A stretch of DNA of 40,973 bases, taken from contig CAJXAF010000004.1 in the NCBI GenBank assembly GCA_913050175.1, positions 1-40,973 of the forward strand, in the 5' to 3' direction. This document shows positions 27,613 to 36,198 of the stretch, piece by piece. Origin of the DNA: an uncultured bacterium. Lineage in GTDB: Bacteria > Omnitrophota > Gorgyraeia > Duberdicusellales > 4484-171. Made by a program: the position numbers and the translations under genes. Numbering within the stretch: the stretch's first letter is position 1; each line of letters begins with the position of its first letter. The notes under the pieces were generated by a model. The model was not told the origin of the DNA, made no database searches, and worked only from the letters and a program-made list of their open reading frames with translations.

Positions 27613-29151
27613 TCAATTTAGGCTATCACTACTTAAATCAACAATAAAATTACCATCAGAAGAAGGCGCGCATTTTATTAATCGCTTTTCAATACGGCCC
27701 AATACCCACTGACTATCTTTATTTTGTCCTAATTGGGCTTTTAATATGATTCCGTATTGATATCTTTTTGCTTTGCGAACGCTTAAAAAATCTCCCAGAG
27801 AATAGGCCAGAAGTTTATTAATTTTTCCTACTGACTCTATACTCACTGGTTGAGGGCAATGAGAGTGGTGGCCGATAACCGCATCAAAGGTTTTAATCAT
27901 TTCTTTTCCTGCCTTAACTATCTCTGGCCGGGGATATAATTCAAATTCATACCCAAAGTGAGGATAAAGAAAATTAAACGACTCCGGCTTAATTTGGGCT
28001 TTAGCACTTTTTAGCCTAAATACATAGTCAGATTCCCGATTCGACCAAGCTGTACCGGAGATAAGCCTTATATCTGAATTTATATCAAAAAAAGCCTGAT
28101 CCTGCCAACCAAAAACATTAAAACCCTGCTGGTTTAATACTTTTACTGACTTAAAAAACTCCTTCTCACCAAAGTCTCCGGCATGATTATTAGAGACAGA
28201 TATATAAGTTTTCTCAGGAGGAAATAAATCTTTAAGTATTTCAATAATCTCTTCACTATGCCTGCGATCTGAGACTAAGACTAAAGAATTTTTTCTTTCT
28301 TGAGTAATTATTCCTTCAAGGTTTGCTATTAAAAAATCACTGTTACTTAGGAACTCTTTTAATTGGCTGCCTATATCCACATATTGGTCTTGGGTAGGCA
28401 TTAAATCACCAATAAAGGTTAATGTATACTTTGGTTCAATACCTTTATTTAAGATATAAGAGTCAGGGATATTTTTAACGATTCCTTGGTTTTCATTGCT
28501 TAAACCGACAACACTCTTTTTAAGCCAATATATACTTTCAGAGAAATTATAGGGTGTAGCTATAGTTAAAACAATCCTAGCTGTGGGGATAAGAAAAATT
28601 ACAAGTAGAATTATAAGCATACACTTTACCATCTTTTGGCTTGGCATAAAACTTGCTATTAAAAAAAGGCTTATACCCCAGGCACCGCCAATAGCGGCAA
28701 ATAAAACATCCCGTACTTCTCCGACTCGATAAGGCAGCCACCACTGGAAAATCTCATCAAGCGCCCCTATTAAAAAACAAAATAAAAATGAAGTAACAAT
28801 GCTCTTTATTATCTTTTCCTCTCTTCTCATATCTTTAGTTGCCAGCCAACCCAATAAGCCAAACATAATCAGGTGCCACCTCTCCTCGACAATTTCTATT
28901 CCTTGAAAATATATTAGCCCTAAAGCAAAAACTAAGATAAAGGAAAAAATCTTAAAAAAGGAAGGACCCATCCGGCAAAGATAAAGCAAGGCAAAGGCCA
29001 ACCCTAAGAAAAATAAACAAAGAAGTGTAATGGCCACACCGTCTTTACCCATATTTTTTATTAAAAAATTTAAGACCTGACGCATAAATGAAGCGGAAAT
29101 AATAATATAGGAAGCAAAAATTAGAGTAGATTTTCTAAAATTTAAGCTCAA
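27613..29151 (-). CDS. VanZ-like membrane domain fused to CapA/PGA_cap metallophosphoesterase
   Basis: HLIMFG, DEIFQWWLPYR...DV; GDLM, NLEG, NNHAGDFG, HFGYE, GHHSH, YSLGDF. Confidence 0.78.
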   Translation of the reverse strand: MSLNFRKSTLIFASYIIISASFMRQVLNFLIKNMGKDGVAITLLCLFFLGLAFALLYLCRMGPSFFKIFSFILVFALGLIYFQGIEIVEERWHLIMFGLLGWLATKDMRREEKIIKSIVTSFLFCFLIGALDEIFQWWLPYRVGEVRDVLFAAIGGAWGISLFLIASFMPSQKMVKCMLIILLVIFLIPTARIVLTIATPYNFSESIYWLKKSVVGLSNENQGIVKNIPDSYILNKGIEPKYTLTFIGDLMPTQDQYVDIGSQLKEFLSNSDFLIANLEGIITQERKNSLVLVSDRRHSEEIIEILKDLFPPEKTYISVSNNHAGDFGEKEFFKSVKVLNQQGFNVFGWQDQAFFDINSDIRLISGTAWSNRESDYVFRLKSAKAQIKPESFNFLYPHFGYEFELYPRPEIVKAGKEMIKTFDAVIGHHSHCPQPVSIESVGKINKLLAYSLGDFLSVRKAKRYQYGIILKAQLGQNKDSQWVLGRIEKRLIKCAPSSDGNFIVDLSSDSLN

Positions 29152-29957
29152 AACAAAACCTCTCTTCCGTCTGTACGTATTACGATATCACCCTTGTGAT
29201 CTGTTCGGAGAACAGCTATCTTAGAGCTTTTATACTTAGATATTAACTCTTCTGACGGCTCCGGCCACTTACTCGGACCAGTAGATATTACTGCTATTTG
29301 GGGCGCTACTGCTTCAATTAAAGTACTATCACCGCTTTCCCCATGGTGAGGAACTTTTAAAACATTGCTCTTAAGCCTTAGGCCATAATTATCTATTAAG
29401 TTATCAATAACTTTCCGGCCAATATCAGCAGTAAATAAAAAGCTTACTTGCCCGTAGGTAAGTTTAATAACTAAAGAATCATTGTTGCTGTCTCCGCTTA
29501 AGTTACTGGGGTGAAAAACTTCAACTTCTGTCTCCTTAACCCAATCAATAAGATCGCCTCTTCCTATGCGGCTAAATTCAATACCAGAGGCCTCTACTGC
29601 TTTAAAAAGGAGAGCGTACTCTTTGCTCTCGCTTATATCTATATTTGTAAGTATCTTATCAATTGAAAAGTTTTCTATTACTGAAGAAAGCCCTCCTATA
29701 TGGTCAGGATGGGGATGGGTAGCTATAAGCAAATCTATTTTTTCTATATTTCTTTTTTTAAGGTATTGGCAAACCTTGCCCCCATTTTCTTGATCTCCCC
29801 CGTCAATTAGAATGTTTCTTTTATCGGCAAACTCAATTAAGATCGAGTCACCATAGCCAACATCAATAAAGTGAACCAAAAGATCTTCGCCAAAACAAAG
29901 ATTTGAGCTTAGAAGAAATAAAAAAAGGGAAAGGAGTAATTTCTTAATATGCCTCAT
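29148..29957 (-). CDS. Exported ComEC/Rec2-like metallo-beta-lactamase-fold hydrolase
   Basis: DVGYGDS, THPHPDHIGG, NNDS, KVPHHG. Confidence 0.88.
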   Translation of the reverse strand: MRHIKKLLLSLFLFLLSSNLCFGEDLLVHFIDVGYGDSILIEFADKRNILIDGGDQENGGKVCQYLKKRNIEKIDLLIATHPHPDHIGGLSSVIENFSIDKILTNIDISESKEYALLFKAVEASGIEFSRIGRGDLIDWVKETEVEVFHPSNLSGDSNNDSLVIKLTYGQVSFLFTADIGRKVIDNLIDNYGLRLKSNVLKVPHHGESGDSTLIEAVAPQIAVISTGPSKWPEPSEELISKYKSSKIAVLRTDHKGDIVIRTDGREVLF

Positions 29958-30031
29958 AAAACATATTTTATCATATAAGGTAAGAATAGAAAAATTAGAC
30001 AGGAGAGCTTATAATAAACTTAAAAATCCCG

Positions 30032-31243
30032 CTATTTCAATACGTCAGATATCAAGTCTAGGTAATCTGAGACTAGACGGGTGGTAAGGAAATTTTCTCT
30101 GACAAATTCCTTAGCTTTAGCGCCCATATCTTTGGCAAGCTTAGGATCTTTAAGGAGCTTAACAACTCTATCGGCACACTGCTTATAGTTATTAGGTTCC
30201 ACTAAAAATCCGGTTTTACCATCTTGAATCTGATTAGGTATGCCACCAACGTCTCCGGCAACAACCGCTTTAGCCTTCCATAAGGCTTCGGTAACAGTAA
30301 GAGCAAAACCTTCCTTGGTTGATTTCTGTAAGATTACAGCTGAAATCCTCTGAACAGCATTTACAAGTGAATCATTATTACCCATTACAAAGATTACATC
30401 ACCGTTATCGTTGAAACTTTTTGCTTTTTTGTAAACCCGATCGTAAATTTCCATTCCTTCTGGGTCATCTGTAGCTAAGTTATAACAATAGAGCAGACGA
30501 CAGTCTACTTTCTCTTTTACCAGCTTAAACACCTCAAGAACACCTTCCGGGTCTTTCCAGGTATCCATTCTTGAAACTTGAGTAATAATAGGCTTATCAG
30601 TTGGTATGTTAAGTTTATTAATCCACTTCATTATTTCATCTTCTGATAAGTCTTTATTCTTCAAGGCTAAAGGATCTATGGCCGGAGCTATAACTCTTTG
30701 CTCTACCGGCAAATCTGCCTTTTTATACTTTTCGCTTGAAACCACAATTACATCATAAAGAATCATAAACCTTTTCAGAAAATCCCATAATTCGGGATTA
30801 GGATTAGAAATATCTATATGGCAGCGCCATATCCAGGGCTGCTGTTTTCTGTAGAATTTCACCAAAGGCAGTGGTTGAGGATCGTGAACAATTACGCAAT
30901 CATAATTCATATGAGTAAAACCGGCATATTCCTGGTTTATATCAAGATAAAGGGATTTCTTCTCTTCGGTAAGATCTATCGGCCCACTCTGCATGGCATT
31001 ATGAAATGACTTAGTAATATCAAAAAAAGACGGGCTACCATGAATTGTCCGCCACTCAGCGTCACAGCCAACTTCATTCATCAAAGGAACCATTCTTCCC
31101 AGTATTTCAGCAACCCCGCCACCTAAGAAGGTAGCATTAACATTTGCTACTCTCTTACCATAGAGCTTCTTTGCTTTCTTATAAATATCTGAAATAATTT
31201 TTTCACCGACGATATCAACATAGTCTACTACGCTGCGTAACAT
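30032..31243 (-). CDS. treT: TreT-like trehalose synthase (GT4)
   Basis: GGGVAEIL, HDPQP, WRCHID, SRMDTWKDP, EGFALTVTEALWK. Confidence 0.88.
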   Translation of the reverse strand: MLRSVVDYVDIVGEKIISDIYKKAKKLYGKRVANVNATFLGGGVAEILGRMVPLMNEVGCDAEWRTIHGSPSFFDITKSFHNAMQSGPIDLTEEKKSLYLDINQEYAGFTHMNYDCVIVHDPQPLPLVKFYRKQQPWIWRCHIDISNPNPELWDFLKRFMILYDVIVVSSEKYKKADLPVEQRVIAPAIDPLALKNKDLSEDEIMKWINKLNIPTDKPIITQVSRMDTWKDPEGVLEVFKLVKEKVDCRLLYCYNLATDDPEGMEIYDRVYKKAKSFNDNGDVIFVMGNNDSLVNAVQRISAVILQKSTKEGFALTVTEALWKAKAVVAGDVGGIPNQIQDGKTGFLVEPNNYKQCADRVVKLLKDPKLAKDMGAKAKEFVRENFLTTRLVSDYLDLISDVLK

Positions 31244-31354
31244 ATCCTACCTCCATGTTTTTCTGTTTTTACCAAGACGCTTAAAAGATTTTACCAATTA
31301 GTAGGATCAAATCAATAGAAATTTTATTTTTTTCACCCTATCATTCTCCCAGGC

Positions 31355-31390
31355 AAAAAAAATATCCCGGAAAAAAATCTCCGGGATATT
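31355..31390 (-). terminator. Intrinsic terminator after radical SAM gene
   Basis: AATATCCCGGA-N8-TCCGGGATATT plus U-tract. Confidence 0.8.
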
Positions 31391-31433
31391 ATTTCGGTAA
31401 AAACAACTCTAACTACTAAGATCTATCTCTTTA

Positions 31434-32762
31434 CTAATTTTTATGGCATGTATTAGATATTTTAGCCTTAAGCATCCTTTTATAGCTGCTTATCCTTTGT
31501 TGCTTGAATTCAGCACTATAAATCTCCTCTGCTAAATCACGAAAACCTGTCTCAAGCTCACTTACAGACATTTTTTCAGGTTGGAAATTAACATCAAATA
31601 ATGTACACTTTGCCCAATCATTGCTAACCAGGATTCGCTTTTCTTTTTTCAGACGACTATAAAGTGGGGTCCCCGGAAATGCAGTCATAATTGTAATCTG
31701 TACTTCATAGAGTCCGCTTTCTCTTACAAAATCCAATATTTGATTAAATATGTTTTTGTCGTGTCCGTCTAAACCAAGAATAAAACAACCGTTTACCGTA
31801 ATGCCGCACGATTGAATTGTATCAATAGCATAACGATATTTATCCAGTTGTTTTAATTTCCAATTCTTCGATAACTCAAGCCCATTGAGGCCGGCTTGGC
31901 CAGGACTTTCTAGCCCAATAAGGACCTGTTGACAGCCACTTTCTCGCATAAGACTTAAAAGCTCCTTATCATAAGCAACTGATATATCTGTTTCAGTAAA
32001 CCATTTAATATTTTCTTTTCTTAAGTCTTTCAATAGCTCTTTCCAATATCTTTTGTTTACGAAAGTATTATCATCTGCAAACTCAATGAATGGTTTATCC
32101 CATATTTTCTTAATCGTTTTTATCTCTTTTAGCACCTTCTCTGCTGGTTTCTGTTTATATTTACTACAAATAAGAATTGAGGCTCCGCAAAATTCACATT
32201 TATGAGGACACCCCCTACTCGTTTGCACAGTTAAGCGATTGTATTTTTCAGGATTAAGTAGTTCAAATTTAGGCATGGGAGCGTTTACGAAATCAAAATC
32301 ACGTTCTAATGAAGAATAAAATGGTTTTAACCCTCCATTTCTGGAGTCCTTGAGTATTTCAAGCCAAACCGGTTCACCTTCACCAATAACAACTGAATCG
32401 CAATATTTTTTTGCTTCATCCGGGACACAAGTAACATGGGGACCGCCAATAACTGTTTTTACGCCTTTAGCTTTGTATTTATCTGCTAATTCATATGCTT
32501 CAAAAATTTGGGCACTGTAAGTTGAGATGGCAACAAGATCAAATGAATTAGGAGGATCTTCTATATCTTTAACGTCAGAAATCTCAATATATTCAACTTC
32601 GATATCATCCGGGGTCATTCCTGCTAAAGTAAGTAGCCCCAGACTTGGCAAAGAAGCAATTATTTTATTACGATCAACAAACCCAGGAAGAGTTAAGCCT
32701 AACCTTGTTAGCTCTTCATTATAAGCCCGAACCCCACTCATTGCTACTAAACCTACTTTCAT
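31434..32762 (-). CDS. B12-binding radical SAM enzyme
   Basis: LGLLTLA, GGPHVT, GEGE, SRGCPHKCEFC, FADDN, IGLES, PGTPLY. Confidence 0.92.
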   Translation of the reverse strand: MKVGLVAMSGVRAYNEELTRLGLTLPGFVDRNKIIASLPSLGLLTLAGMTPDDIEVEYIEISDVKDIEDPPNSFDLVAISTYSAQIFEAYELADKYKAKGVKTVIGGPHVTCVPDEAKKYCDSVVIGEGEPVWLEILKDSRNGGLKPFYSSLERDFDFVNAPMPKFELLNPEKYNRLTVQTSRGCPHKCEFCGASILICSKYKQKPAEKVLKEIKTIKKIWDKPFIEFADDNTFVNKRYWKELLKDLRKENIKWFTETDISVAYDKELLSLMRESGCQQVLIGLESPGQAGLNGLELSKNWKLKQLDKYRYAIDTIQSCGITVNGCFILGLDGHDKNIFNQILDFVRESGLYEVQITIMTAFPGTPLYSRLKKEKRILVSNDWAKCTLFDVNFQPEKMSVSELETGFRDLAEEIYSAEFKQQRISSYKRMLKAKISNTCHKN

Positions 32763-32774
32763 CTCAACTGCTAT

Positions 32775-33158
32775 TTATTTTATTGAACTAGCCCAGCGAA
32801 TAAATAATAAATTCTTAATTATTCCAACAATACTCAGTATGGAAATTAATAAAAATATTGTTGGAATTCCGTATTTAAAATGCGAATAAACAACAGCTCC
32901 AACAAATGATAATTTCATAAGCAACCGTACTATCACCAAATCAAGATTTCTTAATGGGTTCTTTGCAATCAAAAATTCCCCAATTCCTCCGCAAATAAGG
33001 AATAGGGCAGGTACGTAAATATATCCAGGATGATTAGGCAAGACAATACCTAAAGCTCCGTAAATATTTCTGAAAAACAAAACAAAACCACCCCCTAAAA
33101 GCACATCATAGACACCCACCAGCCGGAAAGAAACTTTAAAGGTCTTTTCCTTATCCAT
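32775..33158 (-). CDS. Small 4-TM membrane protein
   Basis: Four hydrophobic segments; YD..LG, NHPGY, NPLRN; GGAGG RBS. Confidence 0.75.
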   Translation of the reverse strand: MDKEKTFKVSFRLVGVYDVLLGGGFVLFFRNIYGALGIVLPNHPGYIYVPALFLICGGIGEFLIAKNPLRNLDLVIVRLLMKLSFVGAVVYSHFKYGIPTIFLLISILSIVGIIKNLLFIRWASSIK

Positions 33159-33167
33159 GTTTTCCTC

Positions 33168-33581
33168 CTATTTTAATCTATTCCAATATGGCGACAATAA
33201 ATCGTGTTGCACTTTTTCGTGCTCTATAAGTAATCGCCATAATTTGCGATCAAACTTATTATACGATTGAAACCATTGGCTGTAGATTCTTTTTTCTAAA
33301 ATTCTTTCTAGAGAGTTTTTCAAGAACTTATAGGGAAGAATTTTAAAGGTGAGAGCCACTAAGCTTGCGATAGTCTTTTGTATGAATAATGACGAGCTAT
33401 CGGCAATCTCCTTTTCTATATGTTTGCTGGATTGTTGTTCATTCTCTGCTAAGTTTAGGTATATTTCTTTTAAGGCAGCATATTTTTCTTTTAAGGCTAG
33501 CTCTCTATAGAATGATTGCCCGAGCAGTTCAATTAAATATATCTTCTTCAACAATTCTCTATATGATTTATCCTGCCCCAT
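33168..33581 (-). CDS. Ferritin/rubrerythrin-like helical protein with degenerate metal site
   Basis: IE..G..FYRELA...LAENE and LIEHE..QH patterns. Confidence 0.55.
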   Translation of the reverse strand: MGQDKSYRELLKKIYLIELLGQSFYRELALKEKYAALKEIYLNLAENEQQSSKHIEKEIADSSSLFIQKTIASLVALTFKILPYKFLKNSLERILEKRIYSQWFQSYNKFDRKLWRLLIEHEKVQHDLLSPYWNRLK

Positions 33582-33641
33582 ATTAAATATTTTACACTAT
33601 CTGCCACCTGAGGCAATAGATTCAAGAATTTACCAAGGTAC

Positions 33642-33664
33642 TGGTTGAGATCTGATCTCAACCA
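33642..33664. repeat. Perfect 11-1-11 palindrome TGGTTGAGATC-T-GATCTCAACCA
   Basis: Read directly; related hairpin at 36081-36106. Confidence 0.85.
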
Positions 33665-33667
33665 ACT

Positions 33668-33690
33668 GGTGGCCGCAAATTACGGCCACC
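33668..33690 (-). terminator. GC-rich hairpin after spoVG2 (no clear U-tract)
   Basis: GGTGGCCG-N7-CGGCCACC. Confidence 0.45.
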
Positions 33691-33708
33691 TCATCTTTCC
33701 TAAAATCA

Positions 33709-33969
33709 TTAGCTACTCTTTCCATAACTAGAGATAACTGCTTTGCTAAGTGCTTCTTTTGTTTGCGCAGTTAAAGCAAGGGCTTTGCTATACCATTTTC
33801 CATCTTTGGCCTTTTCTCGTGGCGGACTAACAAACAATCCCTCTTTGCCTTCAACTACACGAAATCCCTTTACGATGAATTCTTCACAAATAGCCACATC
33901 ACAGATAGCTTTTGTTACCCCATCACCATCAAACCGGTGAAGCCTTGTAACTTTAAAATCTAAAACCAT
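33709..33969 (-). CDS. spoVG: Second, short SpoVG family protein
   Basis: KAICDV...FIVKGFRVVEGKEGLFVSPP...DGKWY; AAGGAGGT RBS 7 nt before ATG 33969. Confidence 0.85.
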   Translation of the reverse strand: MVLDFKVTRLHRFDGDGVTKAICDVAICEEFIVKGFRVVEGKEGLFVSPPREKAKDGKWYSKALALTAQTKEALSKAVISSYGKSS

Positions 33970-33985
33970 TCTAACCACCTCCTTA

Positions 33986-34028
33986 TTTAATAGACGAGAT
34001 GACTAGACAAATTCTTTCAAAAATTTTT
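33986..34028 (-). promoter_or_regulatory. Putative ECF promoter of spoVG2
   Basis: AAAAATTTT-TGAAAG(34019-34014)-N17-CGTCTA(33996-33991)-TTAAA. Confidence 0.75.
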
Positions 34029-34145
34029 ATTTTTTTATAGTCCGGCCAAAATACGCCCAATCTTTGCAGAACTTGGTCAATAAAGAAGTTAAGCATCAAC
34101 CGTTAGTAAAGTCCTAAAATTGCTTGTTTTAGCTGAAATGAGAGG

Positions 34146-34685
34146 TTATTTATGATAGGATTTAGATCTATCTCTTAAACGTTGAGAAGTTTCATCGTCA
34201 TCATCATGAGAATGCTTTCGCCAGGAATCAAGGACCATAATAAGTGTACGCCCGCTTTCGCTCTCAAAAGCCCAACGCATCCCCAAAATAAGGGTAACTA
34301 CTAAAAACTGCATGAAATACTTAGGAATGAAAAAAGACAAGACAAAAGGTATGATCGCACCTAAAAGAAATAAATTCTTCTTTATTTTCCTATTTTTTGA
34401 ATTTCTATCATCTTTAACTAGATCTTTTGCTGCTTTAATTAAATTGTCCGGCACCGGGATATTGGTAGTTTTATTAATTTTTCCGGCTTCAAACACTAAA
34501 TTCAGCCGGCTAAGACAAAAACCACAACTGGCGATATGCTTTTCTGCCTTATCACAATCTTCTTTATCAAGTTCATGTTGAAAATAATCCATTAAAAACT
34601 CATCACTAAGACAAAAGGGACTTTTTTCGCTATTGCCTAAATTCTGGCCTAAATAATTTTTAATCAACTCTTCGGCTTTATCCAT
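34146..34685 (-). CDS. Zinc-binding (ZAS/zf-HC2) anti-sigma factor with two TM helices
   Basis: C...HIASCGFC (HxxxCxxC); directly downstream of the ECF sigma; ATG 34685 after GGAGAGGG. Confidence 0.82.
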   Translation of the reverse strand: MDKAEELIKNYLGQNLGNSEKSPFCLSDEFLMDYFQHELDKEDCDKAEKHIASCGFCLSRLNLVFEAGKINKTTNIPVPDNLIKAAKDLVKDDRNSKNRKIKKNLFLLGAIIPFVLSFFIPKYFMQFLVVTLILGMRWAFESESGRTLIMVLDSWRKHSHDDDDETSQRLRDRSKSYHK

Positions 34686-34697
34686 TTCCCTCTCCAC

Positions 34698-34740
34698 TTT
34701 AATAGACGAAACATCAGCCTATTTTCTTTCATAAATTTTT
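34698..34740 (-). promoter_or_regulatory. Putative ECF promoter of the anti-sigma gene (-35 overlaps the sigma stop codon)
   Basis: AAAAATTTA-TGAAAG(34731-34726)-N17-CGTCTA(34708-34703)-TTAAA. Confidence 0.75.
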
Positions 34741-35295
34741 TATCCCCTGCTTTGTTAACTCTTTTTTAAGCTTATCTTTAGCCCTAGCAATTGTTGTTGA
34801 TACAGTGTTTACCGGGATATTCATAATACCAGCTATCTCTTTATGGGTTCTGCCCTTTAGAAGGTTTAAAGAGATAATCATTTTTTTTCTAAACGGTAAC
34901 ATATCTATTATATCACTTACTACATTCAGTAAGTCGCCATAGAGTATCTCCTGCTTAAAATTACTGCTGCTTAGTACCAGCATATCAGGAATTAACCTTT
35001 CCCTGTCACGAATTCTGCGACGCATAAAATCAACTGTCTTGTTAAAAGCTGTAATTGCCAGCCACCCGGCAATGGCTTTACCATCCTTTAGCTGAATAAG
35101 TTTATCGCCGTCTAAAATTGATAAAAATACTTCCTGAAAAATGCAGTCAATATCATCCTGGCTAGATTCAAAACTACTTGCGGCTAAACGCTTTCTTATT
35201 GCCCAGTAAATTAACTTTGAATATTTCTGAACAAATAAATCCCAGGCTTTTTTATCCTTTTTTAAACAGCGGTTTATAAGCTTTATTTTATCCAT
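34729..35295 (-). CDS. ECF RNA polymerase sigma factor
   Basis: Region 2 (FQEVFL, WLAITAFNKTVDFMR) and region 4 HTH (HKEIAGIMNIPVNTVSTTIARAK). Confidence 0.92.
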   Translation of the reverse strand: MDKIKLINRCLKKDKKAWDLFVQKYSKLIYWAIRKRLAASSFESSQDDIDCIFQEVFLSILDGDKLIQLKDGKAIAGWLAITAFNKTVDFMRRRIRDRERLIPDMLVLSSSNFKQEILYGDLLNVVSDIIDMLPFRKKMIISLNLLKGRTHKEIAGIMNIPVNTVSTTIARAKDKLKKELTKQGIKNL

Positions 35296-35312
35296 TATTT
35301 AAAATCAAAAAA

Positions 35313-35645
35313 TTAATGATTTCTACGGGCAGCATAGGTAAAGCTTAAAAAGTATCTTTTAAGCGACTCATCTGTTGATGCGTACTGATTGTTGCCAAAG
35401 AAATAATCTACGAGTGCCTCACGCAGGCGAGCGACTTCCTTCAGGCGGGTAAAAATCTTACTGCAATTTAAGGTCAGATCTATAAGTTCAAGGGCACGTT
35501 CAAAGGCTTTTTGAGAATAAGCACTGTTCTCTTTTGCCCGCCAATTAATGGCGCGCTCAACTTCACTTCCAATATTAGCCATTTGCTCTAAAAATGACAG
35601 TTGACTCCAGCGCCCGGCAGCAAGGTTTTTATGTTGAAAATTCAT
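35313..35645 (-). CDS. Hypothetical helical protein
   Basis: RW..LS..EQMANIGSEVERA, ERALELIDLT, EVARLRE; ATGA overlap with the upstream gene. Confidence 0.75.
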   Translation of the reverse strand: MNFQHKNLAAGRWSQLSFLEQMANIGSEVERAINWRAKENSAYSQKAFERALELIDLTLNCSKIFTRLKEVARLREALVDYFFGNNQYASTDESLKRYFLSFTYAARRNH

Positions 35646-35983
35646 CTCTTAATCATTTTTCCAATAATTTCAATAATTTTGTTGCGCATTTCGTCGCTTT
35701 CTACTCCGCGGCTCCTATTATTTTGAGAAGGGCGCATATTAATCATAGAATCAAATTCAACAAATCCATCATCCTGCTCGTCTGGATAAAAATTAACTCC
35801 CCACAGGCTTTCTTGCTTGGAACCATTCTCAATAAGTAAAGCTTCCAGATCAGAATGTAGCTCAGCATTAATAGCAATCAGCTCTTTATCGACGTCAACT
35901 ACAGCTTTCACTAAATCTCCAAACAAAGCAGAAGCCATCTGCTTAATCTCATCTAAAGTTATTGTTTCAGTTATTATTTTCAT
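35642..35983 (-). CDS. DUF5674-like protein
   Basis: VKAVVDV, ELHSDLE, GSKQESLWG.N, EFDSMINMRP.QNNRS (family recalled, not searched). Confidence 0.7.
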   Translation of the reverse strand: MKIITETITLDEIKQMASALFGDLVKAVVDVDKELIAINAELHSDLEALLIENGSKQESLWGVNFYPDEQDDGFVEFDSMINMRPSQNNRSRGVESDEMRNKIIEIIGKMIKR

Positions 35984-36016
35984 TAAAAAATGATTGAGTA
36001 AACTTAAAGTGAAGAT

Positions 36017-36044
36017 ATTATAGCAATCTTTTGGATTAAATCAA
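36017..36044 (-). promoter_or_regulatory. Sigma70-type promoter for DUF5674-hypothetical-sigma unit
   Basis: TTGATT-N16-TATAAT with TGn extension. Confidence 0.65.
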
Positions 36045-36129
36045 CTTTTAAGGCTGGGGGTGTTTTAAGTGTTTATTTCCCTGGTTGAGGTCAAACCTAA
36101 AACCAGCTAAAATAGTCTATTCTTTGCAA

Positions 36130-36158
36130 TTGACTTATGGATAAGGTGATGCTATTAT
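36130..36158 (+). promoter_or_regulatory. Sigma70-type promoter for acs
   Basis: TTGACT-N17-TATTAT with TGn extension; AAGGAGGT RBS downstream. Confidence 0.65.
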
Positions 36159-36198
36159 TTCGCATATACATAAAGACCTATAAAGGAGGTAAGGAAAT

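Noticed and set aside
29148-29957. True ComEC competence channel
   Set aside because: Only the MBL domain is present; the competence membrane domain is missing
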